Shown: positions 1 to 14,140, counted from the stretch's first letter. The stretch is DNA of 64,000 nucleotides from Narcine bancroftii (GCF_036971445.1 NC_091469.1:421538001-421602000); one strand, 5' to 3'. Program-made: numbers and translations. Notes: generated by a model not told the origin, from the sequence alone.

Positions 1-2299
1 ATCCTAATATTTACAATAAAAGATCATTAGTAAAAGTACATAACACTTAATTAAATGTCTTATCGCTCCAGTCAAGTATATTTTATTATTCCTACTGTTC
101 GTTATGATCAATCAAAACAAGATAATTGCAACAGTATACTGGCTGGTAGAATGCTGGAACTTCCGGCCTGGCATTCCAATAAAACACTTCTGTAATTGGA
201 TCTACCTCCTAAAATTAGAACAGCACAACCATATCATGAGTTACTATTTTGGCAACCGATACACAATTCTTTAATTTAACAACAAATGCTTCTTTCAGAT
301 CTGGAGCTCTCCATCAGAAACAAGACTAGCTTCATGATAACCAAATTGGACTTTGAGATGGGCTAGAGCCTGAAGTTATGAGGTAAAAATGCCTTACATG
401 TAGTGCTGAAGTCCCTTATCTCGTTTCAGGTAGACTCATTTTATTTAACAGGTGGTTTGGTGCTACAGTTCATCGGAATCAGTGGACACTAAATGAAAAT
501 GCCATTTATTTTTCAAACTCTGATATAAGACGAGAGGTTTTGTGCTCTCCGCAGAGCTGAGTCCTTCCATGTTAAAGTGTATTACCCAGTCGCAAAAGGT
601 AGCCATGGAGCCATTTGAGAGTGTCATTTTGGTGTTTAGTTGAGGGAACAAAAGCCTTGGTTACTTCCTTTGTTTGGGGTTCACAGCAACCTTAAAGAAT
701 TCACCAGAGCCACAACCCATACAACTTGATTTATTCTTAAAATCGTAGAATAAAATCGAAAGTACAACTCTGACTGTTTACAGGAAAACCAACTTTGAGA
801 TACTATTACATATATTTTATATTTTTAATATTTTTCAGAAGTAACATTGATAGGGAAAGCTCATCTAATTGTAATTGCGCAGGGCAGTTATGTTCCTCTT
901 CATGTTAAATAAAAGTGCTTTACGCACTCCCTCTTCATTATCTCTACAGTCCTCATGTTACTTCATGGCAAAACTCTCTAAAATCTATGTTTTTAAGTTA
1001 GCAAGCAAACCATTTCATTTGCACCAATTTATTGGAGCGAACACGCGACTTCCCAGCTATAATCAACACCATGCAATGAAAGGGATTGAAAGTACCACCA
1101 TGTTTCTTTGTTTAATTATTACTCGTTTTACAAGGAAATCAAAGAATCACTGTCTATTTCCATTTCCCTTGTTTTTCAATTTTATATAAATGTCTAAATA
1201 CGCCGAATTTCCGATTTGAATTGCAGTTTTAGCAGGAGGCAAGAGATCCACAAAGTTTAAAAAGTAAATATTCATTAACGGTCGCCTCGAATTAAAACAT
1301 AGTGATTGCAGAAACAACGATACTCGTCCGGGATGTGACATTTTCAATAGCACGTAAAATGGGAAGTCATGTGTACATTTTATTTATTTTAAAGAGATTG
1401 CTTGCAGTAAAGATTCACAAGAAAATAATTGATTGGGATAAAATGGCAAAGGCGTCTTGTATCTACCCGTTGACTCTTTAAAATCGAATGTATTAATGGC
1501 AATGAAGGAGCCCGCAGTAAGTCAAGTAAATAGTGTTGTCAGACTTTTACATTTTAGAAGTAACAAGAAAACTCAAATTTTCTGGTTAGTTTAGACTGTC
1601 GTTTGATAACTGGAGTAGTGCGGAATGAAGGGTGCAATAAATTAGACGAGCGCAAAGCTTTGTTGTGATGGGTCTGTCAATTGCACCCGCATGCAGAAAT
1701 TAGTTTCTTATATGACACTCTTAAAATGAAAGGAAGCTGAATTTTATTGATGCTGAGGTGCTTTATATTTAGAGACTTTCCCTTTAAGCTTACACCAGTT
1801 AGAATGAACCATATGCTATTGTTTTATTTGGATCTCTCGTTTGTTAAAACGTTCTTTTTATACATTTTCGCGTGTTCACCAGCTTTATGTGCATAAAACA
1901 AAAATGTGTATGAAATTCCAGTTTATCTGTTACTTTGGTGTTTTATATTTTCGTTCAAAGTTGTTTTGTTTTGGAGCAAACGGAGACCTATTATGCGATT
2001 TCAATGCAGTAAAATTTCTCCGAAGTTTTACATTTTTAAATTACTATCATCTAAACGGTTGTTTTCTTTTGAAGAAGCAATGAACGTGTAGCGGTGGTTG
2101 GTGCTTGGAATGAAATCCCATTTACTCTGCATGTTACAAGGCTTCACTCTTACCTTAGTAATGCATTGGGAGTTCATTTCTGGTGCAGCTGTTTCCTAAA
2201 TCAACATCGTATAAATGCAATGGCCGTGTGCAAGTATACCAGCCTGACGATGAATCACAGAAACTTTATTGTATTGCAGTTAATAACCAGATTTAATCC

Positions 2300-2735
2300 A
2301 GATTCTGCTAACAATTATTTTTAAGTCACGTGAACGGATTCCATAAGGTTTTTTTTTCCCTTTGGCTTGGCCCTGCTTGCTTGCCGGCTCTTTTTTTTTT
2401 CTCCCTCTTTCTCTAATACATAGATCTCACAGAAAACGAGTACCCCAGACAGCTGCAGAAACCTAGAAGGGAAACAGTTCAGCACTTGCAGGACGCGGAA
2501 TCAGTGTGTGAGGGGAGTAACTTCATTCTCCGGCCTTTCTGTTTTGAGAAAGGTCTGCGGAAAGGAAATGTGCCTGGAGCAAACACAGAGCAATATATTT
2601 AAAAGAGCCGGATAACTTCGAAAATGTAGGATCTTCAGTGTGCATTGAAACTTCCCCCCTGTAAAGTATATTATCATTTTCACAGCAGTCTTTATCTGTC
2701 CTTTGAGGCTGGTTTGGATTTGGCTGAATTGTCAG
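2300..2735 (+). promoter_or_regulatory. Candidate distal promoter and non-coding 5' exon (probably of hoxa3)
   Basis: GTCACGTGA E-box at 2325-2333, followed about 400 nt later by a consensus donor CAG|GTAAG at 2735/2736. Hox3 genes are known to have far-upstream non-coding exons. No transcript evidence. Confidence 0.4.
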
Positions 2736-3107
2736 GTAAGCTATAAGATTTCTTTTAGCTCTGTCTATCTGCACAGAGGATAAATTCCAGTCCAGTTAGT
2801 AATTGATGGCTCAAAACTTGACCTAAGGAAAGGGAAGTCATTGTTTATCGTCAAGCCCGAAGGCCCCTTTATTTGCAATCCCTATTCGTTCCAATGCACG
2901 CGTTGATTAAAAAAAAAGTGGTGTTCTAGAATCTTTTAAGGAGACATTTTCTATGTTAAAAAGTCGCTTGTGACATGCCTAGAATGGAAATAGATTCTGA
3001 TATAGGAAAATATCTAACAACATGAGCTTTGAGGGAATTAATTGCTTGGATAAATTCCTCCTACTCCACATATCCGCGGCTATGTCCCGATATCAGGAAG
3101 CTTCCTT

Positions 3108-3348
3108 NNNNNNNNNNNNNNNNNNNNNNNNNNNNNNNNNNNNNNNNNNNNNNNNNNNNNNNNNNNNNNNNNNNNNNNNNNNNNNNNNNNNNNNNNNNNN
3201 NNNNNNNNNNNNNNNNNNNNNNNNNNNNNNNNNNNNNNNNNNNNNNNNNNNNNNNNNNNNNNNNNNNNNNNNNNNNNNNNNNNNNNNNNNNNNNNNNNNN
3301 NNNNNNNNNNNNNNNNNNNNNNNNNNNNNNNNNNNNNNNNNNNNNNNN
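3108..3348. other. Assembly gap (241 N)
   Basis: Run of N. Confidence 1.
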
Positions 3349-4799
3349 TTTATGCATTTAGTTACACTATATCATATTTTAAATTATGTATCTTAAATTG
3401 TTTCACACCCACTTCAAGGCATTTGTTAGTAACTCATTAATGTTTTACTCTCAGATAAAAGTACTACTGCGGCCCTTTTAAGATTACTGCACGGATTTTG
3501 GTTCGATTTTGAAATCAGGATAGTGTGCAAGCATTCAAAAGTCTTCCAAGTTTTAAAGTTTAATAGCATGCGAGTACAATTGACATCAATCATTTACCCT
3601 TTTTTTTCTCAGTTGCCCATTTGAAAACGTAAGGTATGAGTTTTCCAAAAACTTTAGAGTGTAGCATTCAGAATCACTTTGCACCATTTGTAGCATTAGT
3701 CAATACTTACTAACTAGCATAGAAGGCGCATCTACCTTCTGTAAAGTGGATTAGAATGAATAGTTAAATAATAATCGAGGAATAAAGTTACAAGGCGACA
3801 TAAGTGGAGGGATGTAAAGAAAGTAAAATAACGGACAGAGTTTACAAAAGAAAGTAGGGATTTACAAATAAATTTAAATTGATGATCTTACATGTTTGGA
3901 ATAGAAAGGTGTTAATCCATGCTCCAAACGTATTTTAATAAATTTAATCAGAGGAATATTTTTAGGTGTACTGATGTGTGAATATAGTTTATGTCCCTGA
4001 ACTTTCAATGTATGGTGTACTTAAAGAAATAATCCTGTTATTCAAGATGAGTTTTTCAATTATTTTTAATCAATGCAGTTACTTACTTGTCTTTCAAGTT
4101 TCCCAAATATTATTAACGTTGAAATTATTTAGCAATCTTTTTACCATCCCCCAAGAAATGTTGCGCGTTACCTAATTGCTCTAAAACATCTAAACATACA
4201 TTTTACATTAAGGTCCTCACAGGCACAATTTAAGATTGAACTGAGGGAAAATCAGAATAATCACATCCTTGTCTCACCCTCACCCTGTACTGCACTGACT
4301 AAAATCACCTTTGCTTTTGGTGACTGCTTTGCCTTTGTCAGGTAAATACAATCCCTTTTCTAGCTACCATAACTAGCTCAGTGTAACGTGTGGGTGTTAA
4401 GCAAGACCATACAATAGCGCTTTAAAAAGCACGCCCTGAAAAGGAAGAGCCACATCGAAGCTTAACCGCTGTGGGGCTTCCCTGCTTGTTTTGGTGGAAA
4501 ATATAGAGTGCTCTCTTTTTATAGATCGATTTCAACTACAGACCCCAGTTTTAATCCATTAGAAACAGCGATTCTTTGGCTCGAAGTAGTTCAGCCTGCA
4601 AGCTCCGGACTGAGGTATTTTACACCATGAGACACAAACGACCCAACTTACCTTCTCGCGGATTTACTGCAAAGAATGATCACCGAACAACCTTCAGCAA
4701 TCACAACAAAACAGGGCTTAACAAACTTCTTAGGATTTGTTGGGTAAAAAGTTAAGCTTTGTCTGATTAAAAAAACATTCCTTTAATTATATTCCAAAT

Positions 4800-5074
4800 T
4801 CAAATAAAAGGATTTAAGTTGACGTATGACCACGTGAGCACATAATACAGCGCATTATTGTGGCATTTGGATCGGAGACCTAGCCTGGCTTCGGCTGTGA
4901 TTACGCTTTTCCACTTTCTGTTAAGAGCCAGCTATTTTCTTCCAAAGAGATTGCACCCTGAATGCTGGATTTCACATGAAGGGATATATCCGAGCAGGGA
5001 GAGATGCTGCATTTAGCGGAATGGATTTTATTTTGAGGTATTTCAAATGCTTCCGTTGATTGTTCATTAATATG
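4800..5074 (+). promoter_or_regulatory. Candidate promoter and non-coding exon
   Basis: TGACGTA (4820-4826) and CACGTG (4831-4836), then donor ATG|GTGAGT at 5074/5075. Confidence 0.35.
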
Positions 5075-7724
5075 GTGAGTTATTGCTGTTCAAGGCAAAG
5101 GTCAGTGGAAAGGCTTACGGGTGTCATATTGTGGCAGAACACGCTTAGTTTCATATTTTCTGTTTGTTTCGGCGAATGATCCTTGCCAGTAATGATTTTT
5201 TCTCTCCACATGGTAAATACAAAAGAAATTATTTTGGTAGAATAGTGTGCGGATCACATGTTTGTGTTTCTTAAAACATGAACAATCGAATATTGAAATC
5301 CTGTCAATGGCCGCTCTCTGTCCGAATAGGTACAAACAAAACAATGTATGTTCATCATACATTATTCGACGGTAATATATCTGGCTAGAATAGCCATTAA
5401 TAAAGTTGTTATTATAACACACGGGCATTAATATACGTTTACTTATGCTAACCTTTTATTCATTATATAACAAGCTCCAATGAAAGGTTCATCGTCCATT
5501 TTAAAAATCCTGTCAGCTTGTTTGAGAATTGTTGTCTCCTTGAAAGTACGTGGCTGGGGGTTTCCTTAATATGTGTGAATCGTCGAAATCGGAACAAATC
5601 ACAACACTTAATGAATGAGCATTGAAATTTCTATTTCCCTGTATGTTGCATTGTGATTTCATGAAAAACAAAGAAAAAAGTAAGCCCTTCAATGGTTGAT
5701 CGGAAAGAAAAACATTGCTACATTTGCCTTATCACCAGGGTAGTAATGTTTGATTATCGCAAGGTATGAAGTAAGTTGTATCGGGGGATTATTTACAGCA
5801 GGCCATCATCGCGACGGAATATTGACTGTATGAAGAAGTTAACGAAATAAACTAAGAGATGATGGAACCTAAACCAATACTGCCATTTTTAAAGAATACG
5901 TGCGCGATGAACAAAAGCAGGATAAGATGCCTTATGTTATGCTGGAGGTGCAAATGTTATACAAAAATTGCATCCACCAGTGAGTCCTGCTCAGAAAAGG
6001 TCAGGGTGCTGCGATTTGATTTATGTTTTTGGTGTGCTGGGACAGCCATGTCAATGCAATCTTCTTTAACGAATGCTTTATTTCTTTTAATGTATGACAA
6101 ATCACATTGGCAATTATTGATAGCTAGATCAGTATCCTAAAGTAGTTCTACCAATCGTGCAAATTTAAGCCAAATGGAAAGTGGGGTGGGTGTAAGGGAT
6201 TTCATGGGTTGAGGAGAGGGGGAGGTCGGTAGTGATGTTAAAAAAATGAGAAAAGTTCGTTTCTGAGATTTAGCGCTTACCGATTTTAAGTGAAGAGTAG
6301 AAAACTATAATGATTTGAGGACTATCGTGACTTTACAAACAGTAATGCCACATAACGTACCATGTGCATGGTCTTGCCGTAGTTGGCATTTTTTACATTT
6401 GAAAGCACGATTTTATTTGTTCATTTCAATGGATGTGTTCCATCTGCTGTTTTTATTGCAATACCGTCAACCAGATATTAAATGCAAACAAGTGACAAAA
6501 AAAATCATAAAGGTGTAAAGGATTTAATTGCAATTCAATTACAGTTACTTTCTTATCCATGATCTAATCTTGAAGCAAATTTAACATGGCTAAAACAAAT
6601 AATGCAGTTTTACTATGTTTTACATGATTAAAGAACAATTAGAGTTTAGGTTAGTACAGATGCTTTTTTGAAAGACGTGGATACACAAAATACGATATCA
6701 GCGATAACGGGCAGAAGATCTACAAGACTTGATATGCTAAATGCTTCACTTGGAAAAAGTCCATTCAATATTCGAGAAGATCCTAACAATTTGAACGTTA
6801 TTTTCTTATTGATTGGAACATTGTAGCTTCATATAATTGATTCAAGATGTTAGGTTGGTTTCTGTCCGTTAATAATTCATGTAGAATTTGTCGATGTTCT
6901 TGAACGAGGGTTTTAACTCCCCGGCGCTTTTCGTTTTATAAAGTGGAAATGAATGGTGTCTCGATTTCGTTGCAGACTTTGTCCTCAATAACATTTCGAC
7001 AAGCAAAGGCTGAGACTGTACAAACTTTCGGTGAGTTTTCTAAACTTTCATGATATCTAAAAATATAGATGGCCTGTTAAGAATCCGTAATGTTCTAATT
7101 GCAAGGTATCGCATTTATTAGCTCCCATCCAAGCGGCGGATAGTGTTGAACTTCTAGTAAATGAACCGCAATAGGCTGTTATAATTTAAATCACGTGTGC
7201 TTCGGTATATCAATAAAAGCCAGAAGCATACAAGTTAAAGAGGAAGTCACATTTCACTTGTATTATATGTTGTAAAATGCATGCTATGACCTAGAAGGTA
7301 ACATTATCCAAGCATGAGGTCATTGATAATATGTAATATTTTTAGTTTATATCTTAGATACATGCAACATGGAAGTTACAATGGTTGCAATAAATGATAT
7401 CAGCATTTTGTTAAAACAAAATTAGCACCTATCGCTTATTTCAAATCAAGTTGTCGCTACTTTCATCTCCGACTCTCCATTTACTTTTCTTTTGTAAATT
7501 TTGGCACTGACTGAAAAGTGTTTCGTATTCAATGTTAGTTCTCTCCCACCAACAACAATGATTTTACGAGGTTCTCTGATATAAGCGGGGCCTTTAATTT
7601 CTAGTCGGTGGCCTCTGAATTGAAACTCACGGAGCCAAATTAAGTGGCAGAAAGTTTTTTTTAAATCTAATATCCGCTGGCAAGACTATTTTCTCACCTT
7701 TGTAAGATCTCATGAGAAAAGAAA

Positions 7725-7985
7725 ACGTTGGAGTCAGCAGATTAAGATAAGTGGACGGGCTGATCATTGACAATAAAACACTTCACTACAGAAAAACATT
7801 GAGCGGCTTACTTGTAAAGTTGCATACGAGTGAATTTTTGGCCCTATCTTCCCTCCTACGCTGCTTGGCTTCCCCTTTCATGTAGTTGCATCGCAATAAG
7901 CGATAGGGGCAAGTGTTTTCTCTTTAGTGCTCTGTTTACAGCCTTAGTGCATGAAGTCATAAATCTTACGTAGCCATAAACGACA
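7725..7985. promoter_or_regulatory. Hoxa3 rhombomere 5/6 enhancer (MafB/kreisler site plus Hox/Pbx sites)
   Basis: Maf half-site GTCAGCA with AT-rich flank at 7733-7739, TGATCATTGAC at 7761-7771 overlapping TGACAA, TCATAAATCT at 7957-7966 and GCCATAAA at 7973-7980. Order and content match the mouse Hoxa3 r5/r6 enhancer as recalled. Confidence 0.7.
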
Positions 7986-8950
7986 GAAGCATTGGTATGC
8001 ATAAAGGGGTGACTATATCACATATACTCTTTCATTGCTTGCCTTCGTCCCTTCGTTTTTTCTTCCGGAGTGTAACTTTTCACTGCTATACCTGAATTTT
8101 AAAAATTTTTAGCACTTTTAATTTCGGTAATACTAAATCAAACAGGACAAGCTTTAAAATCAACTGAATCTGCTTAAAACTGGTTGTACTTTTACCCTTG
8201 CACTGTATTTCCTCCTGTGTATTCTCATGTTGTACTTCAAACAAAGGACTTTCTTTGCACAAGGAGTTAATAAAAGTTACGATAGCACTATTAATGCGAA
8301 AGGTTGTGGATATTTAAAGTATGTAAAATTCTGTTATGATCTGGCAGATTATTTTTTTAAAATGCACTGATTTAAATGGGACAAGTGGTTTTAAGTTTGA
8401 TTGCATAGATTCAATACAGTAATTGCCAAACCCAGGCGCGAGTGTTCTGCGTGTTGGTTAATTTGCATAATTTTTCACTTGTGACGCTATGTTTCGGGGG
8501 AGTTTACCCAGCCTGTCTATTCAATACTGCCAGACAGCAAACTTAAAATCCGCGCTTTTAGCATTCAATATTCATAAGAAACATACCCTATTTCTTTGGT
8601 ATTAGATAAGAGCTGCCAGGGAGGCTGATAGTAGTCTTATCTCCCTGACCAGGGCGCGCTACCATAATCACGAGTGACCATCCAAAAGCTGGAGCCATCT
8701 CTCCAGTTTTTTTCGCTGCTCTACCATTTTCCTTTTCCCATTCGCCGTTGTCGCCAACGAGTGAATTTCAGCGTATAAAAGTAATTGTTTGCCTTCATTC
8801 CAATCAAATCCGAAGTTTTGAAACTCCTGCTTATCGATTTCCCCGGTGAATCTGAAAATATTGTGCCGTGGTCTGCGTCTATCGTCAGAGACTAAGGTAA
8901 GCTGGACACAAACAGGCTATCAGTCGTGAATGGCGGAGTTTATGTCCCAG

Positions 8951-8995
8951 TGATTTATGACCATATGACTTAAATCTCGGTTCAAGAAAAGTTCA
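8951..8995 (+). promoter_or_regulatory. Hox3-associated DR5 retinoic acid response element with adjacent Hox/Pbx site
   Basis: GGTTCA-agaaa-AGTTCA at 8979-8995 (perfect DR5) and TGATTTATGA at 8951-8960. Confidence 0.85.
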
Positions 8996-11900
8996 CATGC
9001 TATAGTTTCCTTTCATATTGTGACTGATACCCGTAGGCTTCTAATTCAACTCTTTTATTTCAGTGTTCTGCTTCTTGTTCGCCCTTGATTGGTTTCTTTG
9101 AGCTATTTCCCTCTGTATTTTCGAAGTTTTATGAATTTATTATTACCTACAACGCTGCCTCAGGCACACCACCACATATTTAGCTTGACACTCATACTGT
9201 TACAATCTAAGTTCCAGTGTTTTCCTTTTCAACCTTTCTACCTTTAACCTTAGTGATGCAGGGAACGCAGATAGCTGTGGTTGTGTCATTTTTACTTGCC
9301 TGAAACATTAATTAGAAAAGGCTTGTAGTACTTTCTAACTTGCTGGAAGGGCTATTAGATAAACCCTATATGTTACTTCAAAAGACCTATTTTGTTCAAG
9401 AGCAGTTAATGTACATGGCCACAAGTTAATGTGTAGTATGATCTCTGCAAAGTGTCGGATTCCAGATAAAACCGTCCCCTCACTCAAACATATAAACAAA
9501 ATTAAAGCGAATCGTAATCCAAGATTAAATTATTTGTTTGACAAATATAAATGGAAGGAAACTTGTTTTGAAAAAAAAATATTGAAGCGCTGCTGAGTGT
9601 TTTCATATATAATTAAATCCATAGCGTTTACACAGGTGAGTAAAGTTTTGTTCATTGCTTCAAGGAAAATGGCGGACGCACCACTGGGCCGAGAAACCAA
9701 AAAGACATTGTTGATTTTTAAGAAACCTCTCGCAAGGTTTCTATAAAATTATTTTAATAAAAATTAATGTTGCAACCTTCCCTTGCTGGCTTATTTTTTA
9801 TATTCTTGTAACTAATTTAGATGATACGGTGAAAATAATGCAAATTAGTGACAACTTCTTAACATTAAAACCCAATAACTCAACAGTTCTGTGATCACTA
9901 GCTCCCGCAATGTATCGCTGGGCTTGGGTTTCAAGCTACCGCTACTTTATAGTTTCACTATAAATACATTGGGGCCATGAAGTGCTGCTGCAGGCAGATG
10001 ATTCGATCTCAAGGCAGGAGGTTAAACTTATCTTTGAAAAGCATGATCTGGTGTATGAAACATCCATGTTCAGAAATACACAAGAAGTGTTATTTAAAAT
10101 CTATACTTAGCACCTTTGTCCTTGCCCGCCGACCGCAGCAGTTTCATTTTCATTAACAGATCTGAAGAAATTACAGCGGCCTTGAAGATATCTGCATGTT
10201 CAGGTCAAATGGAATAAACTGCTGCGAAATATGTGCTCTAGCAATGTGCAGGAGTATAAAAGCGCCATGCAGTTCATGTGTTTGGCCGGCCAATACATTG
10301 TACAAAGCGCAGGAGGTGGGGGGGGGGAACATTTCGAAATTATTGCCTTGAATATGTATGGAGTATATCAGTTTGCTGGGAGCTTGACTGTTTTATAATG
10401 GTCTCAGATTGGTCTGCTGGACATTTCCATCATTTTCTGTTTTATTTCAGATTTTCATCATCTGCAGTTTTTTTAACTTTTCAAACAGACTCCCTTTGTA
10501 TTCAGAGCGTCTGAGGCAAAGAAAGCCAGAGGAAACAATGGTTTTCTATATGCGCTAAATTCGTACTGAAAATTATACTCAAATATAAACATCGATCCTT
10601 ACATACCTTAGCTTACAGAAAGACCTCATTCGTGACCAAGCATCCCAATATTATTTCTAAATTAAATGGTGATCTGTGGGCCATGCCAAGCTTTGTATAT
10701 CCGATGCGAAAATAATTTAATACTATCAATTTATTCCTCGCGAGAGTTCAGCATTTTTTTTTAAGTCATGGGCACCGTTGTAATTTTAGGGAAATAATAA
10801 TGAACTGAAAGATTTGAAGTGGGTTGTTTACTGCCGCGTTGTCGTGATGCAGGCACTTTTTGTGGGCTGGGTTTGCAGCTCTTCTCCCGGCCTACTGACC
10901 CCCATACATCAAATTACGAGCAGTTTCAGAGACAGAGCCTATTATCGTTTGGTTGGAAGAAAGGTTCACACCGTGGTCATGAAGAAGAACGCCAGTTTTT
11001 CAGGTTCCTGGTGCTTTCCGATCCATCATGCGTTTAACAGGTAGAATTGAAACAGTAAAAAAGAAGGCTTGAAAATTTCCGTCAGACCAAATGGTGAGCC
11101 GTTAAAAGTGGAACCAACAAAAAGCAGGACATTTCTCCTCGCCAGTAAGGAGAGTCAAAACAAACATGAGTTAAATTAATTAGAAAACAGTGGAGGGAAC
11201 GTACTGAAATTTTGTCTAACGCGCCAGGTTTAAGAATTTCGGAAATATTATTTAAAAACGAGGCTCCTCTCTAGAAATAGATAAATATAATTAATATCCA
11301 GAAGATCCAAATGTTCCCAGTGTTGGCTAGAACTGAAATAGGGTCTGCGACAAAGTCTGCTAATAGCTTTTAAAATGTTATACAAAAGGCTATATTCACG
11401 ATTTGGCCGACATTTAACTTGAAATTTATCAGTTTAATGGTAAGAATAAAACTTTGCTAAACAAAGAGTTTGCCTTTTGTATTTTTCTTGATGGAAAGTT
11501 TGTGCTGCAAAAGCTCCTATCGTTCAGTTTCATTTTTTTAAAAATGATTCCAACATCAGTGTGAATTAATTTCAACATGTCTACTTAATTAATGAATCAC
11601 ACATGTATAACTGACCAGTTTAAACAGATATAGGGAGAGGATAAGTCATAACAAATCAATAACATTGAATAAGCAATGGTTGTAAAAAAAATATATTGAT
11701 AAAGCTATGATTCCTTTTAACTTACTGGAGAAAAGTGCTGCTTCCAGCTCAACCTACCAAAATCCAGATTTCATATGAAATCATATGTTGTATTGTGTGT
11801 TCATTACCAGACAAAATAAATCAAGAAGGCAGAATCTGTAGAAACTGAGTTTGGTTCTTATCCATACTAAACATTTACTGCTGAGAGTCCGTTTAAACCA

Positions 11901-12162
11901 CTGTTATACTTGGAATGTCCAGGGCCAAGCTGTGTGACCAAATATTGCTACACACTTTTTCTTTTATGGCTTTTGATGTCAGCAGCTATTGAGAGTAAGA
12001 TGGATTTGTATCATTTCACCATTATGGTTTTGTTTCTTGTAACCCTAGGTCTACCCAAAGAGGCCATTGGAAGAAGAGTCACGTGATACCGGGTGCCAAT
12101 GTTATTCGAAAAGGGTGTCAAGACCCTGTCAGTTTGTGAAATAAATATTGGGAAGCAACGAG

Positions 12163-12625
12163 ATGCAAAAAGCAACATACTACGACAGCTCTGCAATTTT
12201 CGGTGGTTACACATACCAAGGAGCAAATGGTTTTAACTACAATGCCAATCAGCAACAATATCCGCCTTCATCCCATGTGGAAAATGACTATCACCGGCCT
12301 GCCTGCTCTCTGCAGTCACCTGCTAGCACTGTCCCTCATCACAAGCCCAATGAAATGAATGAAAGTTGCATGCGAACCAGTGCCAACCAAGCGAGCCATC
12401 TCCCAGTTATTGCAGAGCAACAGAAACAGCCACCACCTCCACCACCTCCACCCATACCCCCACCATCAGTATCCCCACCACAAAATACCAGCAGCAACTC
12501 AAATCAATCCAGCACAAGCAAAAACCCCACACTTACCTCACAAACCACCATTAGTAAACAAATATTCCCGTGGATGAAAGAAACACGCCAAAATGCCAAG
12601 CAAAAGACCAGCAGTTCTAGTTCAG
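12163..12625 (+). CDS. hoxa3: Homeobox protein Hox-A3, coding exon 1
   Basis: [17 protein letters not shown]-terminus, poly-Pro tract, hexapeptide IFPWMK. Donor TCAG|GTACAT at 12625/12626, phase 1. Upstream acceptor ccctAG at 12047-12048. Confidence 0.96.
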
Positions 12626-14140
12626 GTACATTGTATCTTGTCTTACCCTTTGATTATTAATTGTTAAGTCAGGGGAGCAATGGGTCAGATGCAAATAGAA
12701 TAATTCCCATTATCATTATTTTATGTGGACAAGCAAATAATTGCAATAGCTGTGAAACTTTAATCTCTCAAAAATGGATGGATCATTTTCAAACAATGAT
12801 TAGACATGTAGCCCATAAACAGTAATGTTAATATTTGCTAAATATAGTTCAGATAAATTAAGTTGTATATTTTATAGGAACAGTTAAGAGAGTCCATCTT
12901 ATCTGGCTACTGCCATTATGAATCCTCTTCCTTTTAACCTTCTCCTCTTGCTTCCTTCTACTACTCTTTCATCTCTTTCACACATACAGTAGATATGCAT
13001 ATATACCTGTATATAATTTTTTTAAACTTTATTTTGCATAAATTCAATCATATGTTTGTATATTGTATAATCTCACACTAATCTGAAGTTAGAAAACTTA
13101 TTTATAAAACAGATTTTTTTTTAGCAATGACCCAGTGGTTAGTTAGAAATATCTTAAAAGCCCAGGATTTTGCAGAGAAGAGAATATTCTTCATTTAATT
13201 TCAAGTTTTGAGAACCAGTGTACAAATGATTGGACGTGAATTTTCAGTTGCTTAGAAGCAAACTTTGAAAATTTACATGTCTTTTTAATGTCTATGTATA
13301 AAAGCAAGATTTGTGGACATCAGTAATGCTGCTATAAAGTGAAATGATTCACAAATATTTAGAAATCATAGGAACACCAGGTGCTGTAAGTTTCTGTGAG
13401 GGGCACTGGACAAAGTGGCGACTCTCTGTCTGCATTAAAGTAGACAAAGTTCAAAGAATTTCATGTATGTTACATTCTAAATGTAGGATTATGTGACCAC
13501 AAATATGTAATCATATATGTAAACATATATTTATGTCCACATGCTAAAAATACATTTCTAAACTTCGATAAATTTCTGTAAATCACTAGAACATTTGTCG
13601 ATGTGATTCAAAATTGTGATCGGTAAATATGAATGATCATTATACATATTTAATACTTTTCAGTTCAGTTATTGGTCGCATCTATTGCTGGCAAGGACAA
13701 AATTTATTGTCCTGGCATAATTGCCATAGGTTATGTGTGCTGAGCCACCTCTTGAACCATTGCAAATTATATGAAACCATGTTCTTTTTTAAGAAAAGAC
13801 ACCACTCAATAGCTTGAAATAACACAGTATGTTAGAAACTATGGTGATATAAAAACGTATGTCTTTCAAGGAGTGAAGGGCATTTTAATTTCTTATATAT
13901 CTTATATTTTATGTAAAATCGATCAGGTTTTGGAAATCAGTTTTCATTCCCAAATATAATTAAACTGAGCTGTGTATGTATTCAGCAATTTTATACCATT
14001 AGCATGTATCATGATTTTTAAAAGCCCCATTTACTAATTTTATTGTGGATTAATGTAACTACTTATGAATATGTTAGCATATTAATATGCATATTTATAA
14101 ACCATATAGATGTACTGAATCCATTACTTTTTTTCCGTAG

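Noticed and set aside
1630-1688. Hairpin closed by GGGTGCAAT/ATTGCACCC, considered as a pre-miRNA
   Set aside because: Only 9 bp perfect with large internal loops, and no known miRNA recognised; miR-10 lies upstream of Hox4, outside this window
3022-3396. ORFs of 98-124 aa (also 54641-54898)
   Set aside because: Artefacts of translating through N gaps
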